Positions 1-8,526 of a stretch of DNA of 16,544 nucleotides are shown piece after piece. Positions within the stretch are counted from its first letter, which is position 1. Each line of letters begins with the position of its first letter. The position numbers and the translations under genes are program-made. The stretch is from an uncultured Candidatus Micrarchaeota archaeon. Its GTDB lineage: Archaea > Micrarchaeota > Micrarchaeia > Micrarchaeales > Micrarchaeaceae. The notes under the pieces were generated by a model. That model searched no databases and was not told where the DNA came from. It saw only the letters and a list, made by a program, of their open reading frames with translations. Location: the NCBI GenBank assembly GCA_963741095.1, contig CAVUGN010000010.1, positions 1 through 16,544 on the forward strand, given 5' to 3'.

Positions 1-1
1 T

Positions 2-475
2 AAAGATGAGTACGACCGGAATTTCTCGAAGGGCAAGAGCAGGATAAGCTCCGATGCTGCAAGGCGCATATCCGACGAGCTGACGAAGAGCTACATGGAA
101 CTGCGCGAGAAGGATTTCAAGGAATTCGGCGCAGTGACCTCTGTGCCGCTGCAAAGGGAGGTCCTGAGGTCTGCGATAGACGCGGTGTGCGACTGGAACA
201 AGCGGTTCAACAAAGCCACGAGCTTAACGTTCCGCGATTTCAGGGAATACGGCAAGAACGTCAAGCGTTTTGGGGCGATCAACAACAGGCTGTTGCAAAA
301 AGAAACTAATCCGAACGTAATTGCAAAGCTGAAAGAGAACGGAAGGAGGCTCGACGACCTGATGGCGATGTACTCCGAGATGGAGACCGGCATTTCCGGC
401 GTAACGGCAAACGTCAAGAAAGAGATTGGCTCAAAGGAAAGTCCAATAATCAAAAAACTGAGGGCTTTGGCGTAA
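2..475 (+). CDS. Hypothetical protein, 5'-truncated by the window edge
   Basis: The frame of ORF 95..475 is open back to position 2 (KDEYDRNFSKGKSRISSDAARRISDELTKSY-MELREK...). Charged, helical-looking sequence with no recognisable motif. Stop TAA at 473-475. Confidence 0.75.
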   Translation, partial: KDEYDRNFSKGKSRISSDAARRISDELTKSYMELREKDFKEFGAVTSVPLQREVLRSAIDAVCDWNKRFNKATSLTFRDFREYGKNVKRFGAINNRLLQKETNPNVIAKLKENGRRLDDLMAMYSEMETGISGVTANVKKEIGSKESPIIKKLRALA

Positions 476-573
476 CCAAAAGTAACGCGTGCTTCATACC
501 TGCACCAGAATCGCACGCAGTTCGTCCTCAGCATGGAATATTTATCTTTTTGCATTGTAATAAAAGTGGTTGC

Positions 574-1635
574 GTGTCCGGAAAGCTCATGATGCTTGCT
601 GTTGTTGCATTGCTGCTTGTCGGAAGCATATATGCGGCCGGCTCGGTAAAGATAAACGCGTTCCAGGATGGCGAAACCATACATCTCACCTACTACAACA
701 ATTTCACCTGCTACCCGGCTCCTAGTGCAATCTACGCGAACAGCAGCCAATCCATCAATGCCTCATCGATCACGGCCTGCGAGTTCGGCTCCTCTGCCGG
801 AGTCGACACCGCGAACAGCATTCCGAGATGGGCGCTGATTCCTGCATTTGCCGGATTATCCGTTTACGGGTACAACGCCCTTGGATCGACACCAAAGGGC
901 TATCCAACTTACAATGGCCAGCCCATAATCACAATATGCGGCGCGGGGCAGTCCCCCAACGCGTGCATGCACCGCCCCGGATACGTCTACTCTCCAATCC
1001 TCAGTGCGATTGAGCAAGGAGCCAACATACCTGGCGGGATAAATGGCCTGCCAGAAGGGGTGCTCCCCAACGCGGCGCGCGACATACTCGTCTCGCAGAA
1101 GAAGAACGGCACCGTGGTGAGTTCGTACGAAGTCCGTGTCTGGGTCTTTGATCCCAACATCTTCCCTAACACGACGACCGGAACGTGCGCCCAGATCGCC
1201 CCATCAAACCTGAGCGATCCGACAGCGCACTGCCTGACTTCGGTGGCCGCGCTCCAGGCCGCGATCGGCACCAATGACACTGCAATACCGACAATAAACG
1301 CAAACAACATACTATGGGAAGTTGCCGGCAGGCCCGACACCCAGGTCACAATACTGAATGCTGTTCTGATCTCAAGCAACTCCGCCGAGCCGCAATTCGG
1401 AGTGCAGCAGAGCAGCAACCTGACCTTTTCCAACACGAACATGTTCACCTACTCGTTCATCGGCAACAGCGTCAACCAAACCGCACCCACATCCACAACA
1501 ACGATAGCTCAGGAGCAGCAGGCTCCCGGCGCCTCTTCGATCATCGTACCCACGGTGCTGATAATAATAGCAATAATCGGAGTATGGTCCTTGGCGAAGA
1601 GGCGCAAGGGCGCAAAAAAGGCGAGGAGAAAATGA
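574..1635 (+). CDS. Secreted, C-terminally membrane-anchored surface (glyco)protein
   Basis: Probable GTG start at 574 after GTGGT (ORF track starts at TTG 550). N-terminal signal peptide (KLMMLAVVALLLVGSIYA), several Cys, many N-x-S/T sequons (NFT, NSS, NAS, NGT, NTT, NLS, NDT, NLT, NQT), Thr-rich linker, C-terminal TM helix and basic tail KRRKGAKKARRK. Confidence 0.8.
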   Translation: MSGKLMMLAVVALLLVGSIYAAGSVKINAFQDGETIHLTYYNNFTCYPAPSAIYANSSQSINASSITACEFGSSAGVDTANSIPRWALIPAFAGLSVYGYNALGSTPKGYPTYNGQPIITICGAGQSPNACMHRPGYVYSPILSAIEQGANIPGGINGLPEGVLPNAARDILVSQKKNGTVVSSYEVRVWVFDPNIFPNTTTGTCAQIAPSNLSDPTAHCLTSVAALQAAIGTNDTAIPTINANNILWEVAGRPDTQVTILNAVLISSNSAEPQFGVQQSSNLTFSNTNMFTYSFIGNSVNQTAPTSTTTIAQEQQAPGASSIIVPTVLIIIAIIGVWSLAKRRKGAKKARRK

Positions 1636-2225
1636 GACAAAGCAAAGCCCAGAGTGCCATGGAGTACCTAATGACCTACGGGTGGGCTCTGCTGATCGTA
1701 GCGGTCGTCCTGGCCGCACTGTTCCAGCTCGGAGTCTTCACCTCATTATCCTTCGCTTCGAGCGGCTGCGTTGCGTCACCTGGCTACTACTGCGGCAGCC
1801 CTGCGCTGTCGCAGAATGACAACATAACCTTCACGTTCGGGCAGTTTGCCTCCACAAAGACCATATACAACGTCGCGGCTGCGTGTTCGTCATCCTCAAC
1901 ATCCGTCGGGCTGCCGAATCCGTCGCCCGCTTCCGGAAGCCCCCAGGCGGCGATGGTGTACCTCTCCGCCACCGGAGCTGCAACCGCCGTTGTCTCAAAC
2001 TCTGCCACGTCCGGCTCCCTGTCCCTATCGCCGGGCCAGAAGATAACTGTCACCGGTCTAACGTGCTACGGCACGAGCGTGGGCCCCTCGATAACCCCGC
2101 CCGTGGGCACGGGATTCAGCGGCTTCATATGGATCAACTACACTCCGAACTCCGGCGCGCCGGGCGGCTCAAATCCATTGCTCACCACAAAGGTCGCAAC
2201 CCTCTCGGTGCGGGTGCTGAAGTAG
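1632..2225 (+). CDS. Class III signal peptide protein (archaeal type IV pilin-like)
   Basis: ATG 1632 after GGAG overlaps the upstream stop (ATGA). MRQSKAQ/SAMEYLMTYGWALLIVAVVLAALFQLGVF is a class III signal peptide plus hydrophobic helix, followed by a Ser/Thr/Gly/Cys-rich domain. The ORF-track extension to 1314 overlaps the upstream gene. Confidence 0.88.
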   Translation: MRQSKAQSAMEYLMTYGWALLIVAVVLAALFQLGVFTSLSFASSGCVASPGYYCGSPALSQNDNITFTFGQFASTKTIYNVAAACSSSSTSVGLPNPSPASGSPQAAMVYLSATGAATAVVSNSATSGSLSLSPGQKITVTGLTCYGTSVGPSITPPVGTGFSGFIWINYTPNSGAPGGSNPLLTTKVATLSVRVLK

Positions 2226-2251
2226 CAACGGCACTCCCGCGGCTCCGGTAC

Positions 2252-2297
2252 GAAAAGCTTATAGCCCTTCAAAATCCTATTATCCAAACATTGGTGG
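2252..2297 (+). promoter_or_regulatory. BRE/TATA promoter and RBS of cimA
   Basis: GAAAAG-CTTATA at about 2252-2263, then GGTGG at 2293-2297 just before TTG 2302. Confidence 0.55.
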
Positions 2298-2301
2298 TTC
2301 C

Positions 2302-3872
2302 TTGGAAATAACACGCGCGTCGAAGTCCTAGACACGACGCTTCGGGACGGGGCACAGTCCGTAGACGTTTCCTTCACTCTGAACGACAAGATCAGGATAG
2401 CACTGGCGCTCGACGAATTGGGAATCGATTACATAGAGGGCGGATGGCCGAGCTCCAACCCTAAGGACAAGCTCTTCTTCAACGAAATCAAAAAGCATGG
2501 ATTATCAAACTCGAAGCTCGCGGCGTTCGGGAGCACGCTGCACAAGGACCGGAAGGCCGATGAAGACTCGAACCTCAATTCGCTGATAGAATCCGGCGCG
2601 GACGTGGCCGTCATATTCGGGAAATCCTGGCTGCTCCACGTGAAGAGCATACTGAAGGTGAGCGAGCAGAAGAATCTAGATCTCATCCATGACTCCGTGG
2701 CGTACCTGAGGGCGCACGGCCTGAAGGTGATCTTCGATGCTGAGCATTTCTACCAGGGATATCTGGACAACAAGGATTATGCGTTATCCGTATTAAAGGC
2801 AGCGAAAGAGGCTGGAAGCGACACGCTGGTTCTGGCGGACACGAACGGGGGAACGTTGCCGAATGAAGTGTACCGAATCACAAAAGAGGTCGCTGGCGCG
2901 TTGAACACAAGGATAGGTGTGCACATGCACAACGACACCGGCTGTGCGGTCTCCAACACGATAATGGGCGTCGAAGCGGGAGCGACGCACGTGCAGGGAA
3001 CGATAAACGGATTGGGAGAGCGCACGGGCAACGCCGATCTTGTTCAGATAATACCCTCGCTGCGCCTCAAGCTAAAGTGCGACGTGCTCAAACCCGATAG
3101 CCTGCAGAAGCTAAGGGCTGCATCGCTGCTGCTCTACGAGCTGAGCGGGCTCGCCCCGAATCCCTTCCAGCCCTTCGTCGGCGGCAACGCCTTCGCGCAC
3201 AAGGGAGGCATACATTCCGATGCGGTGCTGAAGGATCCCAGCGCGTACGAGCACATAGACCCCGAGGCGGTCGGCAACCTGAGGAAGATAATCATATCGG
3301 AGCTCAGCGGGGCGAGCAGCCTTGTCGGCCATGCGAAGAAGCTCGGCATCAATCTTGACAAATCCGACCCGCGGGTCAAGGAGGCGCTTGCAAAGGTGAA
3401 GGAGATGGAAAAGGCCGGGTACAGCTTCGACCTCGCGCCTGAATCCGCGTTCCTTGTGCTGGCGCAGCATCTCGGACTTTACAAGAGCGGTATAACACTC
3501 GACTACTGGAAGGTCATATCGGAGAACGGGATGAACGTCGCGGTGGTCAAGACCAACGGAAAGCTTGGCGTCGCGGAGAGTTCCGGTCCTGTGGGCGCGA
3601 TAGACGCAGCGCTGAGAAAGGCGCTGAAAAAAGTCTACCCCGAGGTGGAGAAAGTTTTCCTTACCGATTACCGGGTCGTCATACCGGTCGCGGCCAAGAA
3701 CACGGAAAGCACCGTGAGAGTCACGATAGAATTTTCTGACGGGCAGTCAAGTTGGCGGACGATGGGCGTCTCTGTCAACATCATCGAGGCCTCAATCGAG
3801 GGCATGGTGGACGGGATGAACTACTACCTATGGAAGAACAGGACGCAGAGCGCGGCAATGGCTCCGAAGTAG
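2302..3872 (+). CDS. cimA: Citramalate synthase (DRE-TIM metallolyase, LeuA/CimA family); start codon is out of frame as sequenced
   Basis: The frame upstream of ORF-track start 2418 encodes VEVLDTTLRDGAQ (D codon at 2331). Also IEGGWPSSNPKD, FDAEHF, HMHND, GLGERTGNAD, AHKGGIH and a C-terminal regulatory domain (GPVGAID...LTDYRV). IEGGWP and FDAEHF are typical of CimA rather than LeuA. Confidence 0.85.
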
Positions 3873-3942
3873 CAGGGCAATCCGTCCATCGCGGAGCAAA
3901 AAGATATTTAATCCAGAGAAACATAGCCGTATGCTGATTTGG

Positions 3943-4566
3943 ATGATAAAGCTCATAATATTCGACTATGACGACACCCTGGTCCGATCCAGCGATCAGC
4001 TCTACCAGACGGACACAAAGGCGGCAATAGACCTCGGGTTTGCGCCCGTGAGCAGGGAAATTTATTTCTCCGCGTGGGGACTGCCTCACGAGGAGATGAT
4101 AAAACGCTTCTACCCGCAGGTGAGCTTTGCTGACTACTTGAAATCATACGAACGGTTCTACAAGTCGGGGATGCTGGCGGTAATCGAAGGCGCAAGAGAG
4201 ACTCTTGACAAGCTTGCTGGTCGCGGGTTCAAGCTTGCAATACTCTCCGCGGCGCAGCGTGCATATCTCGAAGAGGAGATAAAAACCAACAAGCTGCTCA
4301 AATATCTCAGCTACGTGCATTCCGCAGAATCCTCTCCTTACAAGAAACCCGATCCGAGGGTCTTCGATAACATACTCGCCCACTTCAAGATTGGTCCTGA
4401 AGAGACCGTGTACGTGGGCGACATGGTTACGGATTACCTCGCCGCCAGCTCGGCCCGCATAAGATTCATAGGCGTCACAAGCGGCATAGACACGAAGGAG
4501 AAGTTCAACAGGAACGGGTGCAATGACCTGATCGGCAGCATCTCAGAGCTTGCGGACGACCTGTAA
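3943..4566 (+). CDS. HAD-superfamily hydrolase (phosphoglycolate phosphatase-like)
   Basis: Motif I IIFDYDDTL, motif II LAILS, motif III KKPDP, motif IV YVGDMVTD. Start ATG 3943 (alternative 3931). TATA-like GATATTTAAT at about 3903-3912. Confidence 0.88.
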   Translation: MIKLIIFDYDDTLVRSSDQLYQTDTKAAIDLGFAPVSREIYFSAWGLPHEEMIKRFYPQVSFADYLKSYERFYKSGMLAVIEGARETLDKLAGRGFKLAILSAAQRAYLEEEIKTNKLLKYLSYVHSAESSPYKKPDPRVFDNILAHFKIGPEETVYVGDMVTDYLAASSARIRFIGVTSGIDTKEKFNRNGCNDLIGSISELADDL

Positions 4567-4611
4567 CCAAGTCTCAGAAGAAATTTACGGCAAAACCATT
4601 CGCGCAGTCCT

Positions 4612-5334
4612 CTACTTCTCCCTCCATACGCCAAACTTCTTGACCAGGCATACGTAGAATATGGCCTCGCCTATGAGCACTACCCACATGAAGTTGTTCA
4701 CCTTTCCAAGGCCATAAGCTCCCTGCAAAATCACTGCGGCCGGGGTTATGGGTGAGATGGAGAGCACGTAGAGAACCCATGTCGGGAGGATCTTGTACGG
4801 ATAGAAGGTCGGCGGCAGGAGCGTCAGCAGCGAGGACATTATGCCGGATATTGGCCACACGCCTATGGTCCTCTTTATCCTGCTTCCCACGAACACGCCT
4901 ATCGAGACCGTGGTTATCGCAAGGGTGATTCCGACCACTATGGTGGTGGCAAATCTAATGGGTGTGAAGATGCCCAGCACTATACTGAGTATGGCGAAGA
5001 ACGCTATTCCCGGCGATGCGAAGAGCAGCTGCGCAACCGTGAATCCGGAGACATAATCCATCATGTGTACCTTCGTGGACACGAGCAGGTCCTGTATCCT
5101 GAACTCGAGCTTGAAGAAAGCGCTCTGGCCCGTGACGGTAAGCGAGGTCGAGGCTATTATCGCGACCGTGCCCCCCACAACCGCATAAGCGAGCAAGTTC
5201 CCGCCGGATATGAGATAAATTATTACAAGCAGGCAGCATGGCGCCACGATGTTGGCCACCACGCTCCAGGGATTGTCCCTAATGAACGACAACCCGTTGA
5301 ATTTTGCGAACGACCATATGAATTTACGATTCAA
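4612..5334 (-). CDS. ABC-2 type exporter permease
   Basis: About six hydrophobic segments and a PPTFYP..LP motif. Overlaps the ATPase stop. Likely TTG start at 5334, 5 nt after GGTGA (ORF track start 5343). Confidence 0.85.
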   Translation of the reverse strand: MNRKFIWSFAKFNGLSFIRDNPWSVVANIVAPCCLLVIIYLISGGNLLAYAVVGGTVAIIASTSLTVTGQSAFFKLEFRIQDLLVSTKVHMMDYVSGFTVAQLLFASPGIAFFAILSIVLGIFTPIRFATTIVVGITLAITTVSIGVFVGSRIKRTIGVWPISGIMSSLLTLLPPTFYPYKILPTWVLYVLSISPITPAAVILQGAYGLGKVNNFMWVVLIGEAIFYVCLVKKFGVWREK

Positions 5335-6157
5335 GCGTATCACCGCGTATGACGAAAAGATCCTCCAGCCCTACCTGCTTCACCGAATAGCCCTTGTCCA
5401 GTAGTTTCTTGGCTTTTTCCTCCTTCATGTACGAAATGTAAGTTCCGCCTATCTTGTACTTTCCTGTGGGCCCGTCCACCCTAACTTTGCCCTTGAACCT
5501 CTTGAGCAGCTCCTCAACCGTGCCCTGGGCCAATTTCTTGCCGTGGTCTATGAGAACCACTTCGTCCGAGAGCTCCTTGGCCTCTTCCATGTAATGCGTT
5601 GTTATCAATATCGTCGTGCTCTTCAGCTTCTTTATCGCGGACCAGACCTCCATCCTGGATATCGGATCCAGTCCGGTCGTCGGTTCGTCCAGAAACACTA
5701 TCTCCGCTTTTGATGCCAGCGCCATCGCCACGAAGACCTTCCTTCTCATGCCTCCGGACAGGTCCGCCGCGGGCTTCTTCCTCACATCCCAGAGGCTCAG
5801 GTCCCTGAGCGCCTTTTCCACGAGCGAGGGTATTTCCTTAGAAGGGATGCCTCTCGCGCTGAGATACATCGCCACGTGGTCATAGGAGTTGGCTATGCCC
5901 ATGGGCTTTATCTCCTGGGGTATGCTTGACATGATGTCCCTGACCATGTCCACATCCTTCACGACGTCGAGGTCGTCTATCCTTACGGATCCCGATGTTG
6001 GAAGCAGCTGCGTTGACATTATCCTTATGGTCGTGGTCTTCCCGGCGCCGTTCCTGCCGAGTATGGTCGTTATCCTCTTGTTGAGCCGGAGATTGAGTTT
6101 GTCTAGAGCGACAGTCCCGTCTGGATACCGTTTGCTAAGGTTGGTAATTTCAATCAT
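5324..6157 (-). CDS. ABC transporter ATP-binding protein (DrrA/multidrug-like)
   Basis: Walker A GRNGAGKTT, signature LSGGMRRK, Walker B IVFLDEPTTGLD, H-loop TTHYMEEA. ATG 6157 gives the typical start MIEITNLSKRY. Confidence 0.93.
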   Translation of the reverse strand: MIEITNLSKRYPDGTVALDKLNLRLNKRITTILGRNGAGKTTTIRIMSTQLLPTSGSVRIDDLDVVKDVDMVRDIMSSIPQEIKPMGIANSYDHVAMYLSARGIPSKEIPSLVEKALRDLSLWDVRKKPAADLSGGMRRKVFVAMALASKAEIVFLDEPTTGLDPISRMEVWSAIKKLKSTTILITTHYMEEAKELSDEVVLIDHGKKLAQGTVEELLKRFKGKVRVDGPTGKYKIGGTYISYMKEEKAKKLLDKGYSVKQVGLEDLFVIRGDTLES

Positions 6158-6366
6158 GATTCCATAATGCACCCGCAGCCTAATAAATATTTCGTTTTCC
6201 GTCAAAACAAATCAAGTTTAAAGCAACCTAAATGCGACCATGAACCACAAGCCTGGCGAATCCACTAAGAACCTCAATGGGAAGCCCAATAAGCCAGACT
6301 GTCCAGGCTCATACCCCTTTGCTGTCGAGTGGCAACAATTTAAAAGTTGGCTGGTAATTACTACAC

Positions 6367-7401
6367 GTGGAATTAAGAGAATTGGTTGCTTTAAAAAGCA
6401 ATGACTATGCCAGCATAGCCGAAAGATTCGAGCGCGAAACAGGCGAATCCATTCTAAGCAATAAGAATACAAAAAGATTAGAATTAATAAAAGAACCTTT
6501 GAGCATTGTCCTGCCATCCTACGAAGTGCACGAGCAGTTACCCTTCACTCTGGAATGTCTAAACAAGCAAGTCTATCAAAATTTTGAAGTTCTGATAGTG
6601 GACAACAATTCTAAACCGCCGTTAGAAAAGATAGTCCGAGAACATGAGACTAATTACCCGATCAAATACATCCGGATACCTTATAACATCTCCCAAAACC
6701 CCAATCACACACGGAACATCGGATTGATGTCCTCGGATTCGGACAACATAGTGATGTTAGATTCGGATATGATAGTGCCGCCATATTTTACTGCAAATCT
6801 GGCAATCAAACAACAGTTTACCAAAGACTGCCTATTTGTTGGGTTTAGGGAGAATGTGGATGGCAGAAACAAGGCAAAGGGGTCTGCAGACATCTCAAAG
6901 GACTGGCGGCATACCCTTGATGGCCCATCCCCTAATTTTGTGCACCTCAACATAAACGGAAAGAGGGGCGAACTAAAGGGGAACCTGAGCATTCTTGACA
7001 AAACAGACTGTTTCAAAGATTTTGGTAACGGCAAATCGTTGGCCTACTGAGATCTACCTTCGATGGTTATCGGACATTGCATCGCTTTTAGCAGACAAAG
7101 AGCGATCGAATCGGGCGGATTTCCAGAAATATTCTCCGGATGGGGGATTGACGATATCGCTTTCGGAGCCAATATGATTGCAAACAACCAGTACATTGTT
7201 CCCTCATTAAACACCGTAAACTATCATATTGCACACAGAAATAAAGAAGGCAACAAGAAAAGTCTAGCGGAACTAAAAGCAAACATAAAAAGGTATTTTG
7301 ATTATGCAAATTCAGATTTTTCACCAAGATTTCCAAATTACAAAGTCAAACAATACGATTCAGATTCTTTAAAACAATATCTTTTAGAGGTTGTCGAATG
7401 A
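6367..7401 (+). pseudogene. Family 2 glycosyltransferase interrupted by one in-frame TGA (7048-7050)
   Basis: ORFs 6367..7050 and 7063..7401 are in the same frame (...KSLAY*DLPSMVIGHC...). The N part has IVLPSYE, IVDNNS and the DxD motif LDSD. The C part has GGFPEIFSGWGIDD, the GT-A C-terminal motif. Confidence 0.78.
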
Positions 7402-8326
7402 CGAATAACTTAAACCCAGACGCACTAACTGGCTTGTTGGATAAAAATCCAAAACTAACCTCTCAAAACAGGGAGCGTTTTCGCGAATCAATACGTAAAG
7501 TGACTTCGGAATACATGCAACTGAACGGTATCCTAAGCGTAGTTGTCGGGGGATCGGTTGCAAGGGGAGTAGCAGACAACGAATCGGATATCGAGATGTA
7601 CGTTTATTGCCATAACCAAATACCTTCCCAAAAAGATGTCAAGAAAGTTATGGACAATCTAGGAGCCAGATTGACCCGCTCTCTAAATTTAATCTGGCAT
7701 CATGCGGTATGGGAGCCACACACCTTTTTTGCTATTGATGACGTTTCCTTTGAATTGGGGTACAGGGTATTCCCAAAAGTGGAATCGAAGGTGAGGAGAT
7801 ACCTGACCGGTAAAGACATATACAGCCACCATACGAAAGAAGGCGATACCCCTTTGGACATTACACGAGCGGCATTGCTGCCTGTATCGTGTCATCAAAG
7901 ATTTTGTATGAAGACCGAAGCAAGGCACTGAGCTCTTTCAAAAAGGAATTGGAAAAGTTCCCAAACGAATTAAAGGGAAAGTTGATTGATTACTATTTTA
8001 ACGAAGCGGACAAGATGTTGAAGGCGAAGCTTATCTCCGCATCGCATAGAGATGACGATCTGGCCTTTAATGCACAGTTAGCATCCATAATCAGATCAAT
8101 GAACATCTGTCTATTTGCAATAAATGACACCCATTTCCCCGGAGATAAATGGAACTTCGACAGCATCAAACAATTTAAAATCAAGCCTTCGGGGTACGGA
8201 GCGACCCTAAGAACGGTTTTGGACGAATCAAACGACGGTATCCAAAACAAATTACGAAAATATGCGCTTTTGGAGGGATTACTAAATGAAATAAGCCGGA
8301 TCTCTTCACGAGTGATGGATGAATGA
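7398..8326 (+). pseudogene. Pol-beta-like nucleotidyltransferase with helical C-terminal (DUF4037-like) domain, frameshifted near 7849-7855
   Basis: GGSVARGVADNESDIE fits GS-x10-DxD/E. One extra base in ACCCCTTT joins DT-PFGHYTSGIAACIVSSKILYED to ORF 7889..8326 (LFAINDTHFPGDKW). ATGA overlap with the GT gene. Confidence 0.72.
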
Positions 8327-8526
8327 TCTGCGATCTTCAACAACAGTAGGATTGGAGACGCTGTGATAGGTTCATCGGAAGAAGGCCTACGAAAATACAA
8401 ACATGAAAAACCTGAAAAGTCTAAGAATCCGAAGTGAAAACGCGTGCCAAAGACAAAAATTATAAGGTTTTAGCATTTAAACCTATAACTACCTAATATA
8501 ACCATTCCATCATCAAGGAGAATAAA

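Noticed and set aside
91-750. 219-aa minus-strand ORF
   Set aside because: Antisense shadow of two better-supported + strand genes, with no motifs.
1314-1631. N-terminal extension of the 303-aa ORF
   Set aside because: Overlaps the surface protein gene in another frame; the class III signal peptide defines the start at 1632.
6240-6404. 54-codon + strand ORF and AGCCTGG/CCAGGCT inverted repeat upstream of the GT gene
   Set aside because: No RBS or motif, overlaps the GT start out of frame, and a 7-bp widely spaced repeat is within chance.
7048-7050. Selenocysteine or alternative genetic code explanation for the TGA
   Set aside because: No SECIS recognised, TGA is used as a normal stop in coupled ATGA overlaps, and TGG encodes Trp in the same gene.
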